Source: a virus
Lineage: Duplodnaviria; Caudoviricetes
Direction: 5' to 3' (one strand)
IMG/VR virus record: IMGVR_UViG_3300027708_000013
Length of the DNA stretch: 64,000 nt
This document shows positions 17,715 to 26,803 of the stretch, piece by piece; positions within the stretch are counted from its first letter, which is position 1, and each line of letters starts with the position of its first letter. The notes below the pieces were generated by a model, which was given only the letters and a program-made list of their open reading frames with translations, was not told the DNA's origin and ran no database searches. The translations under genes and the position numbers were made by a program.

Positions 17715-17743
17715 AGTATAAACTATAGTGAATTCTGGGTCAA
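17715..17743 (-). promoter_or_regulatory. sigma70-type promoter (repeat family)
   Basis: TTGACC-17-TATACT. Confidence 0.8.
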
Positions 17744-17761
17744 CCAAAAATTGTTGCGTAT

Positions 17762-17989
17762 TTACAACAGTTTTATCAGTAATCCCACGGTGTAAATCAT
17801 CAATAATCCAGCATTTACTGTGATCATTGCTCTATCACGTATTAAAATGCTCCAGATCAAGAATAAAAAACTGCCCAAATTCAGCACAAGGGCCGAGGCA
17901 GGATAAATGTTTAGACTGGCCAACACAGCACCTGTTAAGGTAACTGCTGTGGCAGTCCATTTGATAGTTGTTGCAATGTTTGATTTCAT
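17762..17989 (-). CDS. small multi-pass membrane protein
   Basis: About three hydrophobic segments. Confidence 0.7.
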   Translation of the reverse strand: MKSNIATTIKWTATAVTLTGAVLASLNIYPASALVLNLGSFLFLIWSILIRDRAMITVNAGLLMIYTVGLLIKLL

Positions 17990-17995
17990 ACTGCT

Positions 17996-18024
17996 ATTAT
18001 AGCAGTTGGGGAATTATGGGTCAA
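17996..18024 (-). promoter_or_regulatory. sigma70-type promoter, probably leaderless
   Basis: TTGACC-17-TATAAT-6-ATG. Confidence 0.85.
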
Positions 18025-18031
18025 CCAAAAT

Positions 18032-20170
18032 TTACATTGTAAACAAGGGTCCGGACAGCACACGGGCACTGTCTTCCACACGTAAGTGACGGTTCAAGTT
18101 TTCAATGAACTTGTCTGTCATGTCTCGATTTCTATAGTATCTTGGGAATATGTGTACTTCAACAGCATCATCGCCTTCCAACTGCAACACCGCTGTCATT
18201 CTATTTCTTCCTTCATGCTGACTCACCTGTGCAGGTTCTGAGAAATCGCCCTGACTCCATGCATCGGGAATGTCCACTGTTAAAAATGGCGAAGCAATGG
18301 CTCCACCGTCGGCAATGTATCGCATGATGGTGGATCGATGGAAATCATTCAAGGGAGCTGCTAACTTCAAGAACACACTGGGTCGCATTTTGACACGCAG
18401 GCCAAAATAGTCCACCTCCATGTTGTGTGGTACAACACCGGCGCCACTGTTGTTGTCAATAACAACTTCGTTGACTGTATTGCTTTGTGATATACGAAAT
18501 ATCGAATACAATATGGGATAGTCATCACTGCCTGTTATGCCTTGTTTGATAGGCTGACCACCGTTTTCTCTAGCAACAAAATCGGCAAACACCTGTTGGA
18601 AAACTTTTTCTGGATCTTCTTGGTAATCACTGCTGGTTTGACAGTCATCTGTAAATCCTTCAAAATGCACACGATATTCACCAAATTCTTCAACTCCAAC
18701 GTCATCGGGAGTAAGCTCGCCAATGAACTCTTCAATTTCCTTCCAATCCATGGTGGATTCTGTTATTTCCTCATCTCCATCAACATCTTCTCTACCTGTG
18801 ACATGTATGTCTCTAGCATGGAATGGAATCCAATCTCCCAGTCTGGGATCATGGATGCTGTCGTAGCCTTGTTCGATCAGACTTGCATATTTTTGCAACA
18901 TATCGTTTGGCTCATCTTTGCCCTTGACAATCACATAGGGATTTTTACATGTCAATGTGGCACTGTATACATAACCATCAGCACCACCTTGTGTGGCATA
19001 GTACTCAGCAGTGTCTCGATCTTCGGTCCACCACATGGGTGTGATTAATTCTCTATGTATGCCACCTTGGTTGCCGTGATACACTGTGACCGGGGCAACT
19101 GCTTGTTCGTTCAACTGCATCTGTTTGGCCACCGCAGTAGCCCGTTCCACGTCCTGCATGTCAAAGGGCTTGAGTTCACCACGCCATATCAGTCGTTTGA
19201 TTTCAGCCCAGTCCATGTCAACAAATTGTGTATCTTCCACACCAACCTCATTGGGGCCCACTAGTTGTTGTTCTGAATCAAATCTTCCTCGACAATCGTA
19301 AGCGGCACCATCGGGAGCCACTGCATACACATGGTCAACTCTATAGTCGTCATCGTCTTCGGCATCTTCATCCCAACCTATGTGGGCACGTAGTTGCCAG
19401 TCTGGGTGTATTCTTTTCAATGCCAGAGCCATCACATGGCAGTGACCCCTCATGTAGTCTTGTTTAGATTCCTTCAGGCTCAATGCTGAATCCTGTTGAT
19501 TTAAATAGGCTTGGTTGAGCTGATCTAAATAACCTTGATTGCGTAGTATTTTAAATGCTAGATTCTCAACACCAAATTCTCCTTCACGGTCCAGGCCCGA
19601 TCTACGCATGATGCGAAGTCGATCTCTAATACGTTTTAAATCCGCAGGATCATCTGCTGTGGCAATGGCCACTGTGATTTGTTTGATGAGATCGGTCACT
19701 TTGGCATTCACTGCTGTGTTGTTGATTGTAGGTGGATTGTATTCAGGTTCTTTGATCCAAGCATCGTTGAGTAAACTGTATACTCCGCCCGACACCGGTG
19801 GGGTGGCTGTATCTTCTATGTACAATTCCACTTCATGTCCACGTATGGAGATGTCGTGTTGATTGTTCCAGATATCTTTTTTGGCACGGTATAATGCTTC
19901 TGCAACATCGTCACATTGCAAGTCATTATAGTTGGTGACCACATGCAGGTCAAAGTCCGAATATTGTGTATAGTTGTAGTTGGCCATACTGCCGGTCAAC
20001 ACTATGTCCTGCACTTCAAAGTTGGGTATTTCTAAATAATGTTCAAATATTTCTGCAATCTTCAACAGGTGTTCACGCACTTCGGGTCTTAGATCATTGC
20101 CACGCCAGGCCACTGGGTTCAACTGTTGATGATAGGCTATGTTGCGTTTGACGAAATCTCGAGCTCGCAT
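18032..20170 (-). CDS. multidomain protein: nucleotidyltransferase, Cys-peptidase-like, ART-like, acidic and ParB-like domains
   Basis: LTGS..YSDFDLH (Pol-beta NTase); GHCHVMALAL/HVY/YD; VYHG...AEYYA...NPY; HEGRNR. Confidence 0.6.
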   Translation of the reverse strand: MRARDFVKRNIAYHQQLNPVAWRGNDLRPEVREHLLKIAEIFEHYLEIPNFEVQDIVLTGSMANYNYTQYSDFDLHVVTNYNDLQCDDVAEALYRAKKDIWNNQHDISIRGHEVELYIEDTATPPVSGGVYSLLNDAWIKEPEYNPPTINNTAVNAKVTDLIKQITVAIATADDPADLKRIRDRLRIMRRSGLDREGEFGVENLAFKILRNQGYLDQLNQAYLNQQDSALSLKESKQDYMRGHCHVMALALKRIHPDWQLRAHIGWDEDAEDDDDYRVDHVYAVAPDGAAYDCRGRFDSEQQLVGPNEVGVEDTQFVDMDWAEIKRLIWRGELKPFDMQDVERATAVAKQMQLNEQAVAPVTVYHGNQGGIHRELITPMWWTEDRDTAEYYATQGGADGYVYSATLTCKNPYVIVKGKDEPNDMLQKYASLIEQGYDSIHDPRLGDWIPFHARDIHVTGREDVDGDEEITESTMDWKEIEEFIGELTPDDVGVEEFGEYRVHFEGFTDDCQTSSDYQEDPEKVFQQVFADFVARENGGQPIKQGITGSDDYPILYSIFRISQSNTVNEVVIDNNSGAGVVPHNMEVDYFGLRVKMRPSVFLKLAAPLNDFHRSTIMRYIADGGAIASPFLTVDIPDAWSQGDFSEPAQVSQHEGRNRMTAVLQLEGDDAVEVHIFPRYYRNRDMTDKFIENLNRHLRVEDSARVLSGPLFTM

Positions 20171-20889
20171 TATTGACCTAAATTAAATCGCATGCCAGTG
20201 GCTTGTTCCACTGCAGACACAGGTACTTGATAATTGGGCCAACTGGTTGCTGGAACAATCGGTGCATTTGGCATCAGGTATGCTTGTACCTGGCCGCTGT
20301 TCTTTTCAATGATGATCTTATACAAACGTGTGGGAATTCCTAAGCCATTGCCCACCGTAGGATGATCTTGATCAAATACACCACCGGAGATGATGTAGAA
20401 ATCTGTGCCCGGAGTCATGGCCCATTGGCGTTCAGCTGTTTCCAGCAAGCGCCATCCACCTCTGTTGTTGTTTGCATTTTGAGCCACCATGTTTGATAAG
20501 TTAAAACTCTCTGACATGATGGCATCGTTTTGTGTGTTGTTACCAGCCGGCGCCATGTGTCCTCTATCATGTGTCTTGCCAACCACAGCATAGTCGGCCA
20601 GGCTGGCACTGCATTCCGGAGTCACTGCGGCATCGGGGTGGAAGTTATCTCGACGTTTTGCTGGACCGGTCATTGCGGCTATGGTTAAATGCTCAAACAC
20701 TGCTATGGGGGCCTTGACACTACAACGATGGATCACAGCATAGTTCATGTGGCAAATTTCTTGATCTCCGGGCTGTGCTCGATATTGCGGAGTTCCGTTC
20801 ACAGTGAACTGCGGGCATTGGGCATTGATCTGTGCTTGCGCCAGTCCTGTTGCAACTAGTAAAACAAGTGCTAATAAAAACTTTTTCAT
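20170..20889 (-). CDS. DNA/RNA non-specific endonuclease (NucA-like) with signal peptide
   Basis: DRGHMAP, SNMVAQ, NRGGWRLLE, IPTRLYKI. Confidence 0.9.
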   Translation of the reverse strand: MKKFLLALVLLVATGLAQAQINAQCPQFTVNGTPQYRAQPGDQEICHMNYAVIHRCSVKAPIAVFEHLTIAAMTGPAKRRDNFHPDAAVTPECSASLADYAVVGKTHDRGHMAPAGNNTQNDAIMSESFNLSNMVAQNANNNRGGWRLLETAERQWAMTPGTDFYIISGGVFDQDHPTVGNGLGIPTRLYKIIIEKNSGQVQAYLMPNAPIVPATSWPNYQVPVSAVEQATGMRFNLGQ

Positions 20890-20898
20890 TGACGGTCC

Positions 20899-22044
20899 TT
20901 AGTGAAACATTAAAAAACTATTGACGACATCTCGGCGATTTGCAGCTCTGTCACCGTGGCCTGACGGATATATCACCACGTTCCACCGAGGTGTATCTCC
21001 GGGCGGGATCTGTAGCATTTGATCGTAACTGATAATGGTGTCAGCATCAACATGATAGGTGGTGGCCAAGCGTTGTTTTAATGTCGCCCAACCACCGGGT
21101 TTAAACTGTGTACGACCTTCAGCATCTTTAATAGCCTTGCCCTTGGGGTCAACAACAATTAAATCTCTAAACAAGTCTCTACTAATTGTAGGTGCGTTCT
21201 TTACTGTATTGCCGGCGGCCTTGTGAAACTCCACACGTTTTTCTTCACCGCGTTTGGCTCCGCCTGAGAAGTTGATGATGAAATTGTTGGGTTTATCTCC
21301 AGTGGCCACCGAAGCAATTTTAGTATAGGCATAGAACTTGACTTCAGGATTGCTTCGTGCTACACCGTAGGCCAATTCCAAATATTTTTTACTGAAGAAG
21401 TCGCCGGCATCATGCCAACGTATTACTAGTTGTATGCCAAGCCGGTCAGTTTTGGCTTTGATTGTTTTGATTTCACCGTTGAGCATGTCAGTATAGCCCT
21501 TGGCGTCGTTCACTAGGAAGTTCAAGGCCTGTGCTGCACTCATGCTGGAAGCTGGGAACATGGTGTACCCGCCCTTGCGAGCATAGCAGAACAGCTGACA
21601 AGCACCGGCTCCGGGACAGGTGTTGATTTCTACAAAGTCTCCAGTCTCCTCGTTCACTACAATACCGCTTAGTGCCGGTAGTGTGAGATCATAAACAATC
21701 TCGCCTTCGGTGGCGGATTTTTTCATTTTGTAATTGGTGCCCAGGATGGCTTTGGGCCTACGTGTGATCTGTTGTGCTAGATCATCCAAGTCCCATTCAG
21801 TACCAGCTTCGTCTTTGGTAATAGCCTTGATGTTGCTGGCATGAATAGTGGGTTTGAATTTGTCTTGTTTGGTTTTAGTACCTGTTTTAATTCTGTCAGC
21901 GTAGCCTTGTAGCTCACTGCGTGGTATCACCTTGTGTGGAGCATCAAGCCCTATGGCTTCATCAACTTCGTTGTCAACATGCACTACCCGAACTGGAAAT
22001 CCACCCAGTGTGGTGGATTCAGTAACAAATTCATATAATCTCAT
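20899..22044 (-). CDS. Gp88-like Cys-cluster protein
   Basis: TCPGAGACQLFCYARKG, IRWHDAGDF and FYAYTK motifs. Confidence 0.65.
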   Translation of the reverse strand: MRLYEFVTESTTLGGFPVRVVHVDNEVDEAIGLDAPHKVIPRSELQGYADRIKTGTKTKQDKFKPTIHASNIKAITKDEAGTEWDLDDLAQQITRRPKAILGTNYKMKKSATEGEIVYDLTLPALSGIVVNEETGDFVEINTCPGAGACQLFCYARKGGYTMFPASSMSAAQALNFLVNDAKGYTDMLNGEIKTIKAKTDRLGIQLVIRWHDAGDFFSKKYLELAYGVARSNPEVKFYAYTKIASVATGDKPNNFIINFSGGAKRGEEKRVEFHKAAGNTVKNAPTISRDLFRDLIVVDPKGKAIKDAEGRTQFKPGGWATLKQRLATTYHVDADTIISYDQMLQIPPGDTPRWNVVIYPSGHGDRAANRRDVVNSFLMFH

Positions 22045-22102
22045 TGCAATCGTTCCTAAATATATTAGTATTTAGTTGATTGCACACAACTGAGGATTGA
22101 TA

Positions 22103-22177
22103 TTACCGTCGGAATTGGCCCGGATAGTTTAGACGTTGCCACTCTTCATCAGTGACAGGCCACCAGTTATTTGACAC
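22103..22177 (-). CDS. possible micropeptide
   Basis: GTG start, MSNNWWPVTDEEWQRLNYPGQFRR*. Confidence 0.3.
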   Translation of the reverse strand: MSNNWWPVTDEEWQRLNYPGQFRR

Positions 22178-22255
22178 GATATTTTTTTGTAAGTTCATAG
22201 TCGACTCTTGCACGGCGAGCTTCTCTAATAGCAGAGAATAAAATAGTTAAAAATT

Positions 22256-22414
22256 TCATAATTTTAATCCTCCTGAACGATTTTCGTATTCACGTGTCCA
22301 ACGTTCAATGTCGGCGGTTGAGTTGGGGTTTTTGCTGATTATAAATGTTTCTAATGCTGATTTAGATTGGCCCGTGCTTAACAAGCGATCTAACCATTTC
22401 AATAATTGTGTCAT
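22256..22414 (-). CDS. small hypothetical protein
   Basis: MTQLLKWL start after AAGGA; ATAAATA box upstream. Confidence 0.6.
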   Translation of the reverse strand: MTQLLKWLDRLLSTGQSKSALETFIISKNPNSTADIERWTREYENRSGGLKL

Positions 22415-22475
22415 TGCTTTTCCTTTGTTGGTAGTTGTATTTATCTCAGTAGAAACCATGAGATATATTACACGT

Positions 22476-22970
22476 TTAACATTTGGAAAAGTCTTGATGT
22501 CGAAACCAACGTTTTTGTCCAAAGCTGGTTTTCAGAGTGAGACCGTAGTGTGCAAACTGCTCACGCCAGGCAAAAAAGCTGGGTCCATGTCCGCCTGACA
22601 GTTGATACATCTCTCTACCATGCGAGTCTAAATGTTCCCATCGATATACGTCCCACTGATATTGGTGCACCATTTCGTGTGCCAGAGTATTCATGAACCA
22701 CTGCTGGCAAAACCATTTGTCACTGATTTCTATCTTGCAATAACTACCCGACGGCTGTTGGTCCAGCCACTCGCAACAGCCCCAGATTTTTTTAACTCTG
22801 TGTTGTATTATCTCGGGTCTAGTCAATTGATTGTCAAAGCAGTATCTGTTGAGTATTCTATAGGCATACAACACGTCTTCATCTGTGGGACGAAAACTTT
22901 TACGCCGTTGGTAGGTGATACCAGGAAGTGGTTGTTCCATTATACGTCGTATGGGATTGGGTCTTGCCAT
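22476..22970 (-). CDS. SprT-like zinc metallopeptidase
   Basis: NTLAHEMVHQ (HExxH) and a downstream HGPSF. Confidence 0.8.
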   Translation of the reverse strand: MARPNPIRRIMEQPLPGITYQRRKSFRPTDEDVLYAYRILNRYCFDNQLTRPEIIQHRVKKIWGCCEWLDQQPSGSYCKIEISDKWFCQQWFMNTLAHEMVHQYQWDVYRWEHLDSHGREMYQLSGGHGPSFFAWREQFAHYGLTLKTSFGQKRWFRHQDFSKC

Positions 22971-23038
22971 AGAAATGCCCCTAACAAAGTATTTATTCTA
23001 CACTTTATTAAAGGCAAATTACAGCACAAGCGGCACAA

Positions 23039-23605
23039 TTACTGCTTGTTTTTATCCATTTCTTGGAATTCTGCATCAAATCTAGCAGCAGTTTCTCGAA
23101 CCATTCGAATCTGATCACGGGCTCTGGCACGGTTGTTGGCATCACCCAAGGGCAGTGCTACCAGTACATATTGGTTAAATCTTGCACCGTTGGGTATAGT
23201 TTCAGATTCTACCACTTCTGCACCGGTTATATCCAAACTGGGGCAACGAGTTCTCGTGGCCTTGGTGCTTTGACTGTTGGAATCACCGTTGCGATCAATG
23301 GTGTAGTTTTTGAACTGACTTTCAGTCTGGGCACCGGCTCCCATGCATAGTTGACTGTAGGCTTCGTTTTCTGCAATGCTCATGGCCATCATCATGTTGT
23401 TGCTGGTGGCAAATCCCACGCCATACACCACATCTGCGTTGTTTTTGGGACGTTTAGTGAACCAGCTGGGTGCCTGTCGAATAGTGGTTTTGACTGTTTG
23501 AGCCTGGCGCTCACGCTCTTGGTTGGCACGTTGTTGATATGGATCTACAGAACTGCATGCCGACAACAATAAGGCTATACTGGTTGCTAATACTAATTTT
23601 TTCAT
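23039..23605 (-). CDS. lipoprotein (LPP20-like)
   Basis: MKKLVL...LLSACSS lipobox. Confidence 0.65.
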   Translation of the reverse strand: MKKLVLATSIALLLSACSSVDPYQQRANQERERQAQTVKTTIRQAPSWFTKRPKNNADVVYGVGFATSNNMMMAMSIAENEAYSQLCMGAGAQTESQFKNYTIDRNGDSNSQSTKATRTRCPSLDITGAEVVESETIPNGARFNQYVLVALPLGDANNRARARDQIRMVRETAARFDAEFQEMDKNKQ

Positions 23606-23650
23606 ACTATACCTTTCGGTTTGGTTAAAGTTAAAAACAGTGTAACACAA

Positions 23651-24025
23651 TTATCGTTGTTTGTCAAATTCTAATTCCCAACGATTGATATACTGACCGG
23701 GTCTTGTTCCATCATTGCAAACTCGTGCTTGGCTGGCAGTGCCATTGAAGTTTTCCTGCACCACTACACAATCTGCAGGCTTGATGTCTCGCTTGGGGTC
23801 ACAACTGCCACGCAACATCAATAAATCGTTGTGTAATATAGCACGTTTTGGCCTATCCCAAAAAGGAACATTGGCCAACTGTTGGCGGATCGTAGCCTCT
23901 TGTCTGCATCCGGTGCTCATGTAGTTTAAGTCATTAAAATCCATTGTGGTGCTTTTGGGACTGGTTAATCCACAGGCCGTGAGCAACACTGTGGAGGATA
24001 GGATCACAAGTAGTTTCATTGGCAA
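23651..24025 (-). CDS. putative lipoprotein
   Basis: LLTACG lipobox. Confidence 0.55.
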   Translation of the reverse strand: MPMKLLVILSSTVLLTACGLTSPKSTTMDFNDLNYMSTGCRQEATIRQQLANVPFWDRPKRAILHNDLLMLRGSCDPKRDIKPADCVVVQENFNGTASQARVCNDGTRPGQYINRWELEFDKQR

Positions 24026-24273
24026 TAGTACCTTAATCTTTGTATGTACTGGTCAATGGTGCGATCATACAATTCAAGATCATCACCGGGTTGAACAGGG
24101 TGTTTTTTAAGTTCTGTAAGATATCTCATGTGCATGATTCGGTTGGCACAGTCCGGGTTGGGTCCATATATAGTTCCAAATGTTTCTTCATATGCAGGCC
24201 TGGGTGTAGGCAAAAATTCCGGCAATTGGCAAATCAACGGACTCATTAACATAGCGAGTATTCCGCAGATCAT
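24016..24273 (-). CDS. hypothetical protein
   Basis: 85-aa ORF in operon. Confidence 0.5.
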   Translation of the reverse strand: MICGILAMLMSPLICQLPEFLPTPRPAYEETFGTIYGPNPDCANRIMHMRYLTELKKHPVQPGDDLELYDRTIDQYIQRLRYYCQ

Positions 24274-24460
24274 GACTGCTTATGAAATGTCACAGTTTGA
24301 CGGATCACCTGACGAGCTGTGGGCTCATCTACTCCTGCATTACGTTGCACATATCGCACCGCATCTCTTGTGTTGAACTGCAACTGAAATACTGCTTCAT
24401 TGGCCATGCGTTCCGCTCTACTCATTTTACCGCTCCTTTGGTTCAACTACATTAAAAAAA

Positions 24461-24841
24461 TTATTGTGGTGCTCGTTCTAACCTACGAGCAAGATGTCTT
24501 TGCCAACTGGCATCTAGATCCGGCCTACGCAACATACCGCCTATCGCTCGTTCAGCCGACCCTGTACTTTCCATGGTGTCCGGCAGTTCATAAAAATTGT
24601 ATCGCACACTCCATCTGGGTGCATTGGTTCTAACAGCATCAATTTCATGTAGTACAGGCAGTCGTTGCCATTGAGTCGTCAACTGCTCTAGCACTGTGTC
24701 CCAAAATGTTTGACTCCAAACAGTCTTGGCTCGGCTTCTAGCGGATCTGGCCAAATCTAGTCTATGTCCCAGAGTGTCTAATTCTTGTTCTAAATATCTG
24801 TAGTCTTTGAGATCATGATGCACAATTGTGATAGGAGTCAT
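24461..24841 (-). CDS. hypothetical protein
   Basis: 126-aa ORF. Confidence 0.65.
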   Translation of the reverse strand: MTPITIVHHDLKDYRYLEQELDTLGHRLDLARSARSRAKTVWSQTFWDTVLEQLTTQWQRLPVLHEIDAVRTNAPRWSVRYNFYELPDTMESTGSAERAIGGMLRRPDLDASWQRHLARRLERAPQ

Positions 24842-24858
24842 ATTACAATTCTAGTAGG

Positions 24859-25119
24859 TTAGTTAACGGGATTATCATTTATAAATTGGGCCTGGGCAAG
24901 GAAATGGTTAATTTCGTGTTGCACCAGCCATACATGCTTTTTCAGTGCTTCTTCCACTGTGGCCCACCGTCCTAGGATTTCTCCTTCGCCGGATTCTGTC
25001 CTAAACACACCGGTTTCGTAGGGCAATCCTGTGTGGAAACTGCCAAGATGTACTGTACTGATCTTGAGTTCACCTATGACTGTAACTGCTACTGGTTTGG
25101 GTAAGGAGTATTCTGACAT
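24859..25119 (-). CDS. hypothetical protein
   Basis: STV...PYETGVF pattern; AAGGA SD. Confidence 0.65.
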   Translation of the reverse strand: MSEYSLPKPVAVTVIGELKISTVHLGSFHTGLPYETGVFRTESGEGEILGRWATVEEALKKHVWLVQHEINHFLAQAQFINDNPVN

Positions 25120-25198
25120 ATTATTTCCTTATCGTTTCAAAAAGAGAATGGCTAATACAACACCCAATATTATTTGTAACATTAATTCGTTTGACATA

Positions 25199-25426
25199 TT
25201 AACCCCACGCTTTCTTGGCACCGTGTTTTTCATTCCAGTAATAACCAGAAGTATATGCATAGATTTCTTCTGCTGTCATATCGGCTGCTTCTATCCTATC
25301 GCTAACACCAGTACCTGCGGTGTAATAATGAGGGTCAATGCCACGTCCGTAGTAACTGTCTGCTGAACCACGGTCCCAAGGTCCACCGTGTCTTGTATCA
25401 AATTCTTTAACATCATATCTATACAT
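25199..25426 (-). CDS. conserved phage hypothetical protein
   Basis: HGGPWDRGSADSYYGR motif; GGGAG SD. Confidence 0.75.
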   Translation of the reverse strand: MYRYDVKEFDTRHGGPWDRGSADSYYGRGIDPHYYTAGTGVSDRIEAADMTAEEIYAYTSGYYWNEKHGAKKAWG

Positions 25427-25455
25427 ATTTGCTCCCGAAGTTTAACTATACTACT

Positions 25456-25484
25456 ATTATAACCAAAATGTCATTTTGAGTCAA
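25456..25484 (-). promoter_or_regulatory. sigma70-type early promoter (repeat family)
   Basis: TTGACT-17-TATAAT. Confidence 0.8.
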
Positions 25485-25503
25485 CCATTTTCCATTGCCA
25501 GGT

Positions 25504-25746
25504 TCATTTTGTGCCCTTGTTCTTTTCTGGCCTATGATCAGCACCTTTGGCCTGACATTGTTTAATAAATTTGGCATCAAGTTTAACACCTGTTCCTGCC
25601 AAGTTAAATTTGTTCAACGCATAGCCCAACTGAGTTGAGTTGGATAAAACCGAACTCACCAGTGATTCAATTTTGCTTTCTGCAATACCCGACTCTAGCA
25701 ATTCTGGTAAATTCTCTAGGATAAACTGCTTGATGATTGGGTTCAT
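25504..25746 (-). CDS. hypothetical protein
   Basis: 80-aa ORF. Confidence 0.6.
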   Translation of the reverse strand: MNPIIKQFILENLPELLESGIAESKIESLVSSVLSNSTQLGYALNKFNLAGTGVKLDAKFIKQCQAKGADHRPEKNKGTK

Positions 25747-25755
25747 GCTGTGTCC

Positions 25756-25986
25756 TTAGGCTGTTTGTTTGGCGTCCATAATTTCGCAAAGTATGAACTT
25801 GGCAATGTTGATCTGTTTGCGTACAGCATCTTTACTGGCACCACCCGCCAACATTTCTTGTGCATCGCTTAAAACCGACATCACTACCATATCTAAACCG
25901 CTGAGTCTAGCAGTGATACCGTTCATGTATTCTTCACGGATTTGTGATGCATCAATACCATAACAGTTCTTTTCAAATTCAGTCAT
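25756..25986 (-). CDS. hypothetical protein
   Basis: AGGAG SD below a promoter. Confidence 0.7.
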   Translation of the reverse strand: MTEFEKNCYGIDASQIREEYMNGITARLSGLDMVVMSVLSDAQEMLAGGASKDAVRKQINIAKFILCEIMDAKQTA

Positions 25987-26015
25987 TTCAGCTCCTAATT
26001 AATTACTATACTAAT

Positions 26016-26044
26016 ATTATAGCAAATGGGGAATTATGGGTCAA
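26016..26044 (-). promoter_or_regulatory. sigma70-type early promoter (repeat family)
   Basis: TTGACC-17-TATAAT. Confidence 0.85.
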
Positions 26045-26053
26045 CCAAAATGC

Positions 26054-26080
26054 AAAAACCCCGCGAACGGGGTTTTTTTT
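26054..26080. terminator. intrinsic terminator (bidirectional-looking)
   Basis: AAAAACCCCG-CGAA-CGGGGTTTTTTTT. Confidence 0.85.
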
Positions 26081-26103
26081 GGGTGTTGCTGATTTACAAC
26101 AGT

Positions 26104-26343
26104 TTATTTGGATTTTTTTGGTGCAAACATCTTGGCAAAATCCCACTGTGCCAAGTCGGTTTTAACGCCTTCCACTGCGGCATCTGCAACCTGTTTACCA
26201 GTGTTGTAAAATGTCTTGGTGAATTCGGCCTGTGCGTCTACCACTGCTTCTAAATCTGCACGAAGTTTATCGTGCTCAACGTATGATAAAAATTGCTTGG
26301 TATTTTTTACTGCTGTGTTAACCACTGTATCGATGCTAAACAT
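26104..26343 (-). CDS. phasin-like small helical protein
   Basis: Amphipathic helices with VVDAQAEFTKT; the resemblance is by pattern only. Confidence 0.4.
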   Translation of the reverse strand: MFSIDTVVNTAVKNTKQFLSYVEHDKLRADLEAVVDAQAEFTKTFYNTGKQVADAAVEGVKTDLAQWDFAKMFAPKKSK

Positions 26344-26471
26344 AGTTTTCTCCTTGATTGTTTAATTACTATTGTAACATATATTTATGTGCGAACGCAC
26401 ATTTTTAATTTATTTTTTAACCATATGTTCCCCGCTAAATAATATTATCTATTCGAATAGGAGATATCAAA

Positions 26472-26792
26472 ATGGAAATCATCATTGCACTAGCAGTAGT
26501 TGTTGGATTTGTAGCCTGGTATTACAACCGTAAACCTGCTGTTAAAACTGCAGAAGCAACATTGGAGGAAACACCACCGGTAGCTGTTGAACCGGCACCT
26601 TTTCCAATGGCCAAGGAAACAACACCTGTAGAAGTCAAGGTTGAAGAAGTTGCCGAAGTAGCAAAGCCAGCAAAAGCAAAAAAGCCAGCAGTACAAAAAG
26701 CCACATCCAAGCCAGCAGTTAAAAAAGCTCCGGCTAAAAATGTCACTGCTAAACGTGCAGCAACCAAAGCAAAAAAGACCACAGCAAAATAA
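26472..26792 (+). CDS. membrane-anchored Lys/Ala/Pro-rich protein
   Basis: N-terminal TM helix, KPAKAKKPA and KKAPAK repeats; AGGAG SD. Confidence 0.7.
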   Translation: MEIIIALAVVVGFVAWYYNRKPAVKTAEATLEETPPVAVEPAPFPMAKETTPVEVKVEEVAEVAKPAKAKKPAVQKATSKPAVKKAPAKNVTAKRAATKAKKTTAK

Positions 26793-26803
26793 TTTTCAGT
26801 TAA

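Noticed and set aside
22146-22152. CTGATGA hammerhead core
   Set aside because: No downstream GAAA or stems II/III; it falls in a plausible micropeptide frame.
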